From the human T2T-CHM13v2.0 reference genome, Homo sapiens, in NCBI RefSeq assembly GCF_009914755.1, contig NC_060942.1: a stretch of DNA of 64,000 bases; one strand, 5' to 3'. How positions within the stretch are numbered: the stretch's first letter is position 1; each line of letters starts with the position of its first letter. A program made the position numbers and the translations under genes. The notes under the pieces were generated by a model. That model saw only the letters and a list, made by a program, of their open reading frames with translations. It did not search any database and was not told where the DNA came from. This document shows, piece by piece, positions 1 to 17,379 of the stretch.

Positions 1-160
1 CAACGAAAACTGAGACCTGAAGGTGAGTAGGAGTTAGCCAGACAGAGGGCGGGGGAGGGAGGACAAAAGTGGAAAGATCACCAGAAGGAATAGCATGTGT
101 AACACTTGGAGGTGAAAGAAAATACTCTTTATTGAGGAACTGAAAGAAATTCAGCATGAG
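1..160 (-). mobile_element. L2 LINE fragment
   Basis: ctgagacctgaaggtgagtaggagttagccag...gaggaactgaaagaa resembles the antisense L2 3' region. Confidence 0.6.
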
Positions 161-1389
161 CTCAGAACTCATCAATGAGTTCTCTTCATCCATCCAATAG
201 CATTCAGCCTTCTTAGCTGGATTTTGTGAAATTTGGCCCTATCCACCCTTCCCATTACTTTCCTCACATACCCCACCCACTGTTCCTACATGCCCAGGTG
301 TTTGCTTATTTCCTTGACTGGAATGTTCTTCCTCAAATTTTAGAATTCAGGGAGCATTTACTGAGTAACTGGTACATGCCAGACATTGTGAGCTATCACC
401 CTTCCAATGTCTTTTCATTCATTCTTTTGATGAAAATTTATTAAGCACCAACATATAGAGGGTGCCATGCTACTTTTCCAGCACTAGTTTAAATGACACT
501 TCTGTGAAGGTCCCCAGATGCTTCAACTGACATAATCTCTTCTAGTTTTCTTCATTCTCTGAAGTCCTAATATCCTAAACGTGCCTCTCTTCTGTCTGCT
601 GCCACTTTTTGTACTGCATGACAGCTAAGCAGTTAACGTGAATCCGAAATCTCCATGAGACTTCTGTTCTAGGTGGCCAAGTCCAGGGATCCAATCTATC
701 ATCGGGTAATGCCCATCACCCTGCATTAACCTAGGAGCTGCAAAGTTCATAGTAAATATCCAAAGGGGTGGATACATATTCTGAACCTGGATAATGGTGA
801 CGTTATTTTGGTACTTCCTAATGATCCACATTGCCAGAACAATGACTTTGTTTCAAAGTGATCATATCTGAATCTAGTATAATTTCTCTTAAATGTCACT
901 ATTTCCTGCAGGATTCCAAGATTTACATAAAAACCTGATGGGTGAATAGTATGTTTTTACAGATTACACATCTAAAATACTTGAAACTGTATCACCACTG
1001 CTATCAGCTCCGTACTATGCATTTACTCATGCTTTTTATTTATTCTTATAATCATGGTAAATCAAAAAAGGGAAAAAAACGAATAGGCTTCTACCTGTTG
1101 ATTGCTAAAAATAAAATTCAGCCTCACCTTTAGCATTTCAATTTTATAGTCCTCTACCTGGATTTATAGCTAATATTTTTAGTGATTGCTTATGCATTTC
1201 CTAGGCACACCAATCTAATTTGTAGCAGGTTCTGTGATTCATAGTGACTACTAGAATTGAATTCTGCTTGTCTCTATAGTGAATACTATAGTTAAGGCTT
1301 GATTCTTTCCAATGTATCATTTATGTGATTGAAAGAACAAGAAAAAAAAAACACTTAACACTAAAGAGTTTTTTAAAAATACCACTGAG

Positions 1390-1693
1390 GGTCAGGTGCA
1401 GTGGCTTATGCCTGTAATCTCAGCAGTTTGGGAGGCTGAGGTGGGCGGATCACTTGAGGTCAGGAGTTTGAGACCAGCCTGGTCAACGTGGTGAAACCCC
1501 ATTTCTACTAAAAATGTAAAAATTAGCTGGGTGTGGTGGCACACACTTGTAGTCCCAGCTACTTGGAGGCTGAGGCATGAGAATCGCTTGAACCCAGGAG
1601 GCAGAGGTTGCAGTGAGCCAAGACTGCGCCACTGCACTCCAGCTTGGGTGACAGAATGAGACTCCATCTCAAAATAAATAAACAATAAAAACA
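1390..1693 (+). mobile_element. AluS (Sx/Sz-like), full length
   Basis: Dimeric Alu with A-rich tail; perfect 15-bp TSD aaaaataccactgag at 1375-1389 and 1694-1708. Confidence 0.97.
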
Positions 1694-2582
1694 AAAAATA
1701 CCACTGAGGAATCCATGCTAAAATATCAATATCAAACAGCTTTGAATTGGAGACTCACAATACAGTATATGTCTTCAGATACATTGTCTCACTTCAGCCT
1801 CCTTATATCTATCCAAAGGGTTTTGATGAGTTTTTCTTGTCAGCCATTTCAGATAATTTACTAAAGCCAACATTCAGAGTGTTCCTATGAGAGGAAGGCT
1901 TGGGACAGGGATGACTCCTCAAGGAACTGTGGATTTATTTATAGGACTTGGGTGGTCTCAGTAATTCACCTGGTGAGCTTGCTCAATTTTTTCTCCTGTT
2001 ATTGGCCAACCATCTTCCAGCTGGATTAGTGACATTCTCAAATAGCTGATGTGATAGAGCTGTTGCAAATTGGCAGGAAGACTTTCACCTTGGAAACAGC
2101 ACTTTGCAAATGTCCCTGTGACCCCATTTCAATGTAGTTACTTCCCATGCCTTACCTTAGTTAATAATCCTCGAGCAGTTACCAGTTACTGAGTGACAGT
2201 CGTGTACTAGGTACAATACATTCATTATCTAAATCAAAACTCAAGATTTCTCTAAGTAAGCTCTATTATTACCTTTATATTAAAGATGAGGAAACGCTTT
2301 TAGAGAAAATAAGTCACAGATGTAAGTCCATGCTGTTGGTCACTATGCTGTACTTGCCAGTGTATACTCAGAACACACGCAGTACCTTTAATACTAACTG
2401 CAACAAAGTTAAATATGAAAGTTAATCTCTTGGGAACATTCTAAAAACATACCTCATATGGGTACATTCTAAAAAAATACCTCTGAATCCAAATGCAGAT
2501 TTTATAACTTATCTTCCATGTGGGATAATCTATGTTCCACTATGTATGTGTTTAGAAAGTGGACTGTAAAATCTGTAAATAA

Positions 2583-2918
<336 letters not shown>

Positions 2919-4677
2919 TAACACATGTAGTTTTTCAGAACTCCATAATATGCAGGCAATATATGATATTCGATTATTAAATCCAGCAAAAATGTAAACC
3001 CCCGTTTAAGTAGACAGGTAAGTAAACTGCTAGGTTCAAGAGGTGACCTTCCCACACTCTGCCTACCTACTCAAGCCCTTCTCTGAATCGGTTATTGGAC
3101 ATATTCACTGCCTCCTTCTCTCTTACATAATTGGTGTTACTTTAGAGTAAGGGGAAGATTAGCATCACCCAAACATAACTCAGACCATTCCAGCCCACCA
3201 AGGCCTCCTCCCCCACCTCCCACCTCCACTTGCCTGCTCAAAGATGCTAAGAATCCTACTTGCTTAACTTTATCTGGTAAAGGAAATGGTGGCTAAAGGC
3301 AAAACTAAGCAGGTATTTCTGAGTATTATGTTCACCTGTATTAGCTATTATTAAATGAAAAAGAAAAGTTCTCAGATAAGCAGACTATTGTGCATTTTAC
3401 CCTTGTATCTTTCAATTTACTCATGTGTCTTCACTTTTTATCACAGAAATTATATGGATATTAATTTCTAAAAATATCCAAAGGGTAACTTCTCATGTTA
3501 AATTGTGTCCTCTTTTCTATAAGTGTTTAGGTTTACTATTAATAATTAATAAGACAGTAATATTCCTGGGAGCTGGATTGCCCAAGTATTGTTTTAACCA
3601 AATAACTCACTGTATTTGAGCACAATAAAACTCTTACTTTGTTAGAGTGTGAATGGGCCAGTCCTGCCAGGAGACTCATAACGTTGCTATGGAATAGACA
3701 GACTTTGAGGAAGAAGTTAATTGTTCATATATACAAAGAAATTAAGTCTTCATTTTACCTATTCTCTAACTCGTCAACTTTCACATTCTACCCTTTTAAA
3801 TGAGCACAAAAGGGAGGCTTTACACACATAAACACATGTTTACACACACGTGTGCACACTGAGTGATATTTTATTGTCAACTGCTTCTCTTGCTGCAGAT
3901 GAATGAATCAAATTATGTGAATATATTTTATGTTCTTGATAGTAATTCTGTGGTTTGCATTACAGGATGGTTTATATGATTATCAAATGTTAGCAGTTTA
4001 TAGAACCCTTTTATAAAGTTATAGTTATAAGTTGCTTTTATCTCTTGAATTAGACATGTATCAGTTATGAATTTTATTTCCAATTTTAGTGTTGCTAAAC
4101 CATAAGCACAGATGTCAATCCTAGAAGAGGTGAAGTAAGCCACTCATGAAAGTGATTCGTCTTGGTTAAGTCAGTGAAGACTGGCTATACAGTTTGGATT
4201 TTATTTTCTGCACGTCTTGCTAGGAATTAGAAGAATAGAAGGGTTCTTCTTACGGTAAATGTCTGACAATTGTGTCGTTTTCCTTCTCCTCTTTAGGGGA
4301 ACAGGGTGCTAAAAAGACTTGAAATGAGCTGCCAGTCACCATTAACCCCTTCCCTTCTGAACTTCCAGGTCACGGAGCAGTCCCCAAATGCTTTTTACTT
4401 TCATATTGAAGTTCTCCTAGCCCTGCCAGGTTTCCTAAACCACATTTCACAGATGTCACAAGTTTCAATGGTGTGTTTTTTCTTTTGTAGGTTTCTCCAA
4501 AAGAGTTTTATTAACAACACATAAACTTTTAGAATATACAGGATTCGTTATTTAAAATTTCTTCATTATAAAAACTGAAACAAAGAGAAGAGAAAATTAT
4601 AGTTGTTAGATGTTGAAATGCTTTTTTAAAACATAGTAATGCCGTTATCTAAAAATTTAGTGAAATGATGTTAATAG

Positions 4678-5024
<347 letters not shown>

Positions 5025-6190
5025 CTATTTGTAAAGTCTTAATCAACATCTTTTTAACCCCTACCATTTCTCCTGTCCATTGGAATCAGATAATGTAAGG
5101 TTGTCATTCTAAAAATACTGAAAGCCTGTCATAGCTTGCTTTAACTTTTCTTGCTTTTGTGTATTTCCCAAATATGGTACTTTTTTGGTATTGCTCAGCA
5201 ACACTTGTCAAGAATTTGAATTTTTAAAAAAACTTGTCAAAAAACAAAATGTGTTATAAATCAGTCAGTTTGCTTTCATTGTCCAAACTGAAAGAGTTAA
5301 GAAACAATTTCCTTTGAGTGGTAAAAGTAATCTATTTTTATTTATCATGTAAATGTTTATATTGTAACACAATGTCTTTTTTAATGAGAAAGCAAAAATA
5401 TACTTAAAAATCATTAGAATACCAACCATTTAATTTTTCTTTAAAATATTTTTATAACTTTAAATGGATACACTAAATTTTTCATACATCACTCTCCATT
5501 TAGACAAGGAAGACTACTAAACAGAGATTTTAGGGGAACACCATGAGCCATTCTCCAATAGAAGTCTATCCAAATTTCAGTTTCTGAATTTGAGGGATGA
5601 AATTAGGTTATGCATTTGGGAAGGAGGGGAGACATCACATAGCTCTGAATGAAAAAGAATCTGAAGAATTTCACACTTTCTTCCAACTAGCTCAGGAGCC
5701 ACACACACTGCCATCTTTGTATTGCTAGAATACACCTTTGGACAATCATTCAGGAAGTCCTGGCCACTATTAATGAAACCTCTGCTCAGCTACTTGCTTT
5801 CCAGCTTTGCTCATAAAAATTAAAGTCAGTAGTTAAAATGGATGAAAGAGAAATTTCAGGAGAATTGGCTGACTTCAGAGTCTCAAACTGGCATCTGTTT
5901 GACTCCAAAACTCCAAAGTCTTCTAAGTAGATATTGGCTAAGAAAAAGATGAAAGAAGCTGACTGATGAAACTGATTCAAGCACTGAAACTAAAAAGGAG
6001 AGAGTATGCAGCAGGATATAGGAGAAAGGCTACTAGGAATCCCTCAACACTAGCCAGAATTTAGGGGGATAATTTACTAGCAGTGACAAATCAGACTCAA
6101 AGCACAAAAACAGTCAGGCAAATCTAGAAATTACAATCTTTCAGTAGCTGTTTAAACAGCCAAATTAGTATCCAAATTTTGCTTTTATAA

Positions 6191-6501
<311 letters not shown>

Positions 6502-7005
6502 TTTATCAAAATCCTTATTAAGTCAAAGTTTAAGCCCAATATGTTATAATACTGTCTTGATTACCACCACCAAAGCAGTGTTAAGAGCATTCAAGTCTAA
6601 AACAGAACAGAAAAGTCCAGAGAACAACACTAATTTATTTCTACAGTGCTCATTTTGTTCTTTTATGAGAGTGTCATTTCTCAGCATCTTGGACAGTGCC
6701 CTTTCTTTCTTAATAAAATGGCCAGAATTAAATAAATATGGCTAACACTCTTTCTCCACTGTAACCACGGCTGAGGCCTAATGACAATTCAGGGTAGAAT
6801 ATCTTTCAGTGCTATGGAGTATGTTGCACTGTTCTTTAGCTTAGAGAACTGGGATTTTCAAATCAGCACCTTAAGTGGAATTTTGCAGCCTGCATTTTTA
6901 AAACACCTACTGCCTTCCTATCCATTTACTGTACGTGTGTGTGTGTGTGCACGCATGTGTGTGTTATGACTGGAAGGAGATGATAGCAAATATCTTCCTT
7001 TAAAA

Positions 7006-7323
7006 TAGTACTATCCAATAGAAACAGGATGCAAGCCACATATGTAATTATAAATTTTCTAGTAGCCACATTAAAAAAGGAAAAAGAAACAGGTGAAATT
7101 AATCTAAATATATTTTACTTAGTCCAATATATCAAAACTATTATCATTTCAACATGTAACTAATATAAAAAGTTATTAATGAGGTCTTTTATTCCTTTTT
7201 TGTACTGTATGCTTGAAATCCTGTGTAGATTTTACACTTCCAACACATCTTGATTTGGGCTAGCCGCATTTCAACTGCTCAATAGCCACATGTAGCCAAT
7301 GACTACTGGACTGTACAGCCCAG
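7006..7323. mobile_element. MER33 (hAT-Charlie MITE), near full length
   Basis: tccaatagaaa...gccacatatgtaatt...aaattttctagtagccacattaaaaaa...tgctcaatagccacatgt matches the recalled MER33 consensus. Confidence 0.88.
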
Positions 7324-7454
7324 GTATAAGGCAGGCACTTCTTTGTACAACAGTATCTCATTTGAAATGCCTAGCTTCTGATATTTCAGCTCTCAGTTTG
7401 AACATGTTTTTCCTTACACAAGAAATCCATATATATTTCATTCTAGATTCTAAC

Positions 7455-7506
7455 ACGTACACATACACACAGACACACACAGACACACACACACACACAC
7501 ACACAC
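7455..7506. repeat. Imperfect (CA)n microsatellite
   Basis: Direct reading. Confidence 0.9.
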
Positions 7507-7619
7507 TCATTTAACATCTGGGTTTTAACAACCTATTCTGATCTTCTTCTAAATAAACTTGAAAAATAAAATACTTCCTCTCACCAGCCCTTTCTGAAGG
7601 AGCATGTGAGCCTGTTATC

Positions 7620-7760
7620 TTGCGCATTAACCGGTGACCGTATTTAGTGCTGTCAGAGCTGCTGACTCATTGCCTATGAATGGCCCCGCTGCCAGTGGTG
7701 ATTGTTTGACAGAATGCCAGTAATGGCTGCCTACGGCTGCTGAAAAGCTGACCTTGTAAC
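7620..7760. promoter_or_regulatory. Candidate enhancer with ARE/MARE-AP-1 and nuclear-receptor half-site
   Basis: TGCTGACTCAT at 7660-7670, TGACCTTG at 7749-7756, local CpG retention in unique sequence. Confidence 0.4.
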
Positions 7761-8029
7761 AACATCCACATTCTTTTGGTTGCTTTTGCTGACATACTCT
7801 CAACTCAAAAACTGTTTTCAAAACAAAAGTATAATGAAGTATTGAGCTTTTAAAAGCAATTGTATTTCAGTTCTTTAAATTATCTGAGTGTACCAAGGAG
7901 GGCAGAAGGCAAAGAAATGAGTATACAAGAGAGGGAACCATCCTTGAAAGTTGACATTTGAGCTACAGGCATATAATACTTGGGGACAGTGTTCTAAGAC
8001 ACCATGGGCATCCAAATGAAGCAAAGCTG

Positions 8030-8896
8030 TGTAAACTGAAAATAAAATTCTAAGCCCCCCAACCATCGGAATGGACCCCTCCTCTCAGCCAAGAGCATTC
8101 CAGTTAACCTGGAAAACTAGTTCAGGCCGTGAGAGGAAGTGGGGGGTCAGACATCCTCCCTTTGGAATTCAGGCACAACTGAGCAGCATTAACATTAAAA
8201 CAGAGATCTTAAGACTTTTTGTAGCAATAGGTCACCAAATTCCAGCCTGATCTAGTATAGCATCACCTGACAGACAGCAGGCCCTGAAAGATATCAAAGT
8301 ATTTTACTCTAAATTATATTTCTTTGACATATTTTGAAATAGCCCTGCAAAGCTATTGCTTGTGGGGAAAATCTGCATTCTGTAGAGAATCCCCTTCCCT
8401 TTCCAGGTCTTTTTCCTGATCCAGGAGAGAATCGACTAAGAGTCTGGCACCTTTTTAAGTCTAATAAGAAACATTTACAATCTAATCTCTCTGAAGCCTG
8501 TTACTTGGAGACTTCATCTGCATAATAAGAACCTTGGTCTCCAAAACCCCTTATCTTAGCCCAGACATTCCCTTCTGTTGATTCCAGGTCTTTAGACAAT
8601 AACTTAAGTCTTCCAACCAATTGCCAATTAGAAATTGTTTGAATCTACCTATGACCTTGAAGCTCCCCACCCCCGCTTTGAGTTGTGCCACCTTTCCTGA
8701 CCCAACCAGTGTACATCTTACATGTATTGATTGATGTCTTTTGTCTCCCTAAAATGTATAAAACTAAGCTGAAGCCTGACTACTTTGGGCACATGTTCTC
8801 AGGAGACAGGGCTGTGTCACTGACCATTGCCCACTCATATTTGGCTCAAAATTTATCTTTTCAAATATTTTTCAGAGTTTGACTCTTTTGTCAACA
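8030..8896 (+). mobile_element. MER4D/MER4D1-like ERV1 solo LTR
   Basis: Starts tgtaaac..aaataaaattctaagccccccaaccatc and ends cagagtttgactcttttgtcaaca; TG...CA termini. Confidence 0.88.
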
Positions 8897-9523
8897 ACTA
8901 TTATGATATCTATTTTTTATCTTTCTCAGTATCATTTATTAGCTCTGTATTACTAACCTATTTGAAATTCTGTTTATTTGCAAAATGTATTCCATTCTCC
9001 ACCCTGAAAACATTTTCCCCAAGTGGAGCTTCTAAACAAAGAATATGAGATGCTCTCCATTAATTAATAAGAGCTAAGGTACTATTAAATACTTAAAACA
9101 GGGATCAAATTAGCAGTACTTACTAGACACTGCTCTAGCTAGTGGATACGTTGATCATTCACACTATACTCAACTTTGCCCATAAAACTTAGTGTATGCC
9201 TTCCAGCTGCAGTATGTATTGATGGCCCTGCCTTCTGTTAGAGTACAAGTTTTTAGATTCTTCTCTTTTCCTGGTGATGAGGTCTGAAACTCTTGAATCT
9301 TCTAAATTCCTACTTGGGCTGATATCCCTGCTCCCTCTTTCTGGCTTCTTTTACCCCAGAGTCTAATCTGCACTGGTAGTAAAATTTCCTTTCAGTTCAC
9401 ATCTCACACATAACAGCCAGAGTCTGTTTTGCTAATTTTAATCAGACAAAGGATGAGTTTCGCATAGATGAGTTTTCAATAAACAGGATGAATGAACATT
9501 CAGCTAGTTGTTTTGGCATATTT

Positions 9524-9542
9524 TCACCACTAGAGGGAGATA
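9524..9542 (+). promoter_or_regulatory. Candidate CTCF site
   Basis: TCACCACTAGAGGGAGATA is close to the CTCF core CCAC(C/T)AG(A/G)GGGCGC. Confidence 0.4.
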
Positions 9543-9689
9543 AAGGCGCCTCTCCATCCACTGTTCCCACCCTCTTTGCCCCAAGATAGGAGAGGTGACA
9601 GAGTTAAGTGCAGAGGATAATGGTCAGTGAGATCATGGAGGGAAATTAAGTTATATATTTGGAGAAATCAAAAATGTGGCAGCTTTCAA

Positions 9690-10212
9690 ACCCTGCCAAC
9701 ATGTTTTATGTGGCCTACCCAGTTTGGGGCAACATTTATAAATTGGAAAATTTCACATAAATATCTGGATTTCCACCCTGAGCTTGAAAATAGAAAGATG
9801 TGGCCACACTGTATGTCTGCGCCTCTGTGTGGCAGTCAGAGGGAGCTTCTCTCTATAAACAAGGCACAAACTCTTCATTTCAACTCCATCACTATCACTC
9901 TCTATTTTTCTAACACCGAGATTAAATGTAAGCTGTTACTTATTATCAAGCTTGCATCATTTTGTTGTTAAGAACCGGTTGTTGTTTTTTTTTTTTTTGT
10001 ACTCAGGTCAAAGATGGTAAAAAGAATAACATAGCAAGCAAGCCTCTTGTAATTTCAAGGAAAATGAGAGAGAACATATTTCTTGGAGGCAGTAAAAAAT
10101 ATTCATAAGAGTAAAATATGCAGGCACAATGTGACTGGTCTCCTTGACTTACACTTACCTATTTCCATCATTTACATCAGCTAGATGTCCCTATGAGCTT
10201 TGCATAACCCTT
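9690..10212. mobile_element. MER102/Charlie4-like hAT fragment
   Basis: aatttcacataaatatctggatttcc...cttgaaaatagaaagatgtggccacactg resembles the MER102 core. Confidence 0.55.
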
Positions 10213-10564
10213 TGGAAATACCTGCTTCCCAAACATGATATGGCAGGAAGAAGATAAGGGACTGGGCGATCCTGGGACCCAGTCAAATACCTTCTCTCAG
10301 TTGTCCCCACTAACTAATGACTGAGAAATGTCTCTCATGACTGATTACCCAAGGATTTACAAAATTGACATGTGAGGGACAAAAATCTCAGTCTCACTTA
10401 AAATAGCAGGAAAAACATATCTGCATGTAACTTATACTCACAGAAGAATTGCAGAACTAAAATTTGGATTTAGGTAGGATAAATTCCAACACACAGCTGA
10501 TATTCTGATTTACTCATATCATTGCTTCTTGATCTGAAAAAGAAATGATAATATAAATATTAGT

Positions 10565-10645
10565 AATCATAGCTAACATCTGTTGAGTTGACAGTTGTGT
10601 CAGGCACTGTGCTAAGTGATCTCCTTTAACCCTGAGGAACAACTG
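10565..10645 (-). mobile_element. MIR fragment
   Basis: atagctaacatctgttgag...gtcaggcactgtgctaagtg. Confidence 0.55.
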
Positions 10646-10984
10646 TGTTATTCAACCTCAGAGATTTGTCTCAACAACCTTAATATATGCCCTTCCTTTT
10701 AGGACAACGGTTCTCAAAATGAAGACACTTTCATGAGATTCTTGAGGTTAAAACTATTTTAATAACAACTCTATCATATTATTTGCCTTTTTCACTATGG
10801 GACAGTCACACAGATGTGCAAAAGTAATGGTAAGTAAAACTGCTGGAATCTATTACTAGGGGTTGAAGGCAGTGGCACCAAGCTCTACTGGTAGTAATAT
10901 TTCTTCACTCCCATGTACTTCCAGTGAAAAACAAAGCAAGCAACAGCAAAAGCATGTTATTAAGTCTTGGGAGTGTAAATGACG

Positions 10985-11313
10985 TTATTTTATTTATTTA
11001 TTTTTACTTTTTATTTTTTTGAGATAGGGTCTCACTCTGTCATCCAAGCTGGAGTTCATTGGCATGATCGTGGCTCACTGCAGCCTTGACCCCGTGGGCT
11101 CAAGTGATCCTCCTACCTCAGTCTCCTAAGTTTCTGGGACTACATACAGGTGCATGCCACCACGCCTGGCTAATTTTTTCTTTTTTTGTAGAGACAAGGT
11201 CTTGATATGTCTTGCTATGCCCAGACTTGTCTTGAACTCCCAGGCTCAAGCGATTCTCCTGCCTTGGCCTCCCAAAGTGTTGGGATTAGAGGCATGAGCC
11301 ACCGTGCCTAGCC
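10985..11313 (-). mobile_element. AluJ inserted in Charlie1a
   Basis: (TTTA)n tail, gagatagggtctcactctgtc...ctgcagccttgacc...accgtgcctagcc. Confidence 0.93.
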
Positions 11314-12233
11314 ACATCCTTTTAATAGTGCAAGGAAATGGGAAGTACACATAAAGCACTTTTGAAATATGTTGAGGTGCGGTAGTTGTCTCCAAGTATT
11401 ATTGTTCAAGGTACAAGTGGTACTAGTCATTTCTTTCATAGAACATTTTTTTTTTGAAAGAACAATGGGCAGACAAACTATGATTATTTCAGCAGGGGTA
11501 TTTGGCAAATGTTTTTTGAAATTGAATGAAATAAGCTTGTCACCAGAAAAAACAACTGACAGGAATTTCTGACAATGATAAAATTCAAACTTTCAAGTAG
11601 AAATTAGAATTTTGAAAAGCCTACATCTGCCACTATAAACTTGACAGCTTCTCAATACCTTTCTTGATGAGACTCGTGGTGACATTAACAAAAGTAATTT
11701 TTTGTTATCAAAAATAATACGTAAACATTTGGAAGATCTGCTTTACTAAGTGAGCTAGACTATTTTGTCATAAAATCATATATAGATTTTTTTAAAAACT
11801 ATACCAAGTATGAGACAAATAATTGAGTTTACTGTAATAGATTATATGAAGTTCATTGATATGTTTCAGATTCCACATTCCATTTTTAAGGAACAATCAC
11901 TTGTTGAATTTCACTGTTGTATCAAAGAAAACTGTCCATAATAATCTGAAAGGCTATGAAAAGACTCTACTATTTCAAACTACAAGTCTATGTGAGCCTG
12001 GAGTTTCTTCATATTTGTCAACCAAAACATATTCCAATAGATTAAATGCAGAAGCAGATAGGTAAATCTGGCTATCTTCCATTAAGCCAGATATTAGGGG
12101 ATTTCCAAAAAATGTAAAACCATGCTTATCACCAAAATTTTGTTTTGGAAAATATTTCTATTTTATTAAAAATATATTATTTTATTTATGTCACATGTAA
12201 TGGGTTTATCATTGTCACATAAATGAATTTATA

Positions 12234-12604
12234 GACCAATTCTTTTAAGATGCTCCAATCACGTGCTTTATTAAGTCAATTTTAAACGTATAATGAGAAT
12301 CAAGGGAGGAAAGGTGGGGTAGGTTAATGCACTTAGAATAGTATGCAAGTGGAATAAAAGGAACTCCACCACCTGAATGCTGGGTTATACAATGTCCATA
12401 TGTCTTGTTTCTGCTACACCAGCCTTCCAAACTGGTGGTGTGGTTGTGGAGTGAGAATAGGGTTTGAGGAAGGGGCCTAAACAGACAGGTGGAAGGTGTC
12501 TGGGGTACAAACTTGCTCTATCACAGAGACACAAGGACAAGTACACCTATCAATAGCTTTAGCTTTCCATTAGCTTGCCAAGTAGCTTTGGGTTTTATCT
12601 CCAG
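12234..12604 (-). pseudogene. Candidate 5'-truncated retrocopy (3'UTR-like) of an unknown gene
   Basis: Interrupts Charlie1a; flanked by 10-bp direct repeat tgaatttata (12224-12233, 12605-12614); minus-strand AATAAA at 12267-12272, ~20 nt before an A-rich remnant. Confidence 0.5.
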
Positions 12605-13489
12605 TGAATTTATAAATAAATATTTTTAAAGTTTATAAGTTTTCATTTCTAATAGGGTAAATATTGATAGGTATAATAAACATAAACAAAAGCTCTTGGA
12701 GGTCTTCAGAACAAAAAGTTTAAAAACCTCTGATGTAGGATATGGGATCCCTTTTTTTAACCCCAAAGTAGCATGGCAATTTATTGAAACCAAATTAAAT
12801 GATTTATCTTCTATCTTCTATCTTCTTCTTCTTCTTTTTTTTTTTTTAAAGGTACTCATCTCCCCAGAGTCAGATGAAAATGCTAAGTCAAGCTCTCAGT
12901 AACCCTCAGGTGGCTCCTAAGGCATATGTCATATGCAAGGCCACCAGTTAAGGTAGAAATGCACCACTAAAGGGCAAGACCTGAGCATTCTTTCCCAGAA
13001 TTAGATGCTTCTGTCTTTTTATGATTTCCAGTAAAAGTATCTCTTTGTCTAACAAAGCAACCACCCATATTTTGCACACAAATATTTTTTTCCTTAGGGA
13101 AACAAGATATACATTACAAACAACAACAACAAAATATTAAGAATCTGATTTTCATGCTAAGAATTTGTCAATGAAATTGTGTCCAAATAACTGCTACATT
13201 TGTATACAAATTTTTTATGAAAACAAGATTTATGATTGGGGTTTAATGCATATTAGAGAAGAATTATTTATATATATATTTTTTATTACACTTTAAGTTC
13301 TAGGGTACATGTGCACAATGTGCAGGTTTGTTACATATGTATACATGTGCCATATTGGTGTGCTGCACCCATTAACTCTTCATTTAACATTAGGTATATC
13401 TCCTAATGCTATCCCTCCCCACTCCCTCCACCCCACAACAGGCCCCAGTGTGTGATGTTCCCCTTCCTGTGTCCATGTGTTCTCATTGT

Positions 13490-17316
<3,827 letters not shown>

Positions 17317-17379
17317 TGTGATGTTAGCTGGTTATTTTGTTCGTTAGTTGATGCTGTTTCTTCCTAGCATCAATGGTCT

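Larger units (their letters stand above)
10705..12732. mobile_element. Charlie1a-like hAT DNA transposon, interrupted by an AluJ and a 371-bp insert
   Basis: Termini caacggttctcaaa ... aaaaagtttaaaaacctctg; gaggttaaaactatttt...aaggcagtggcacca; decayed transposase sequence at 11450-12100. Confidence 0.8.

Noticed and set aside
164-183. 9-bp inverted repeat agaactcat-ca-atgagttct (similar one near 29078-29100)
   Set aside because: Short, and expected occasionally in 64 kb of AT-rich DNA
2431-2483. 28-bp-period two-copy duplication (similar small duplications at 30909-30942, 55588-55620 and 59185-59210)
   Set aside because: Ordinary slippage duplications; no repeat-spacer (CRISPR-like) organisation
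4200-4500. Cluster of splice-like signals (acg|gtaaat, ctctttag|g, ttttgtag|g)
   Set aside because: No consistent exon definition or reading frame
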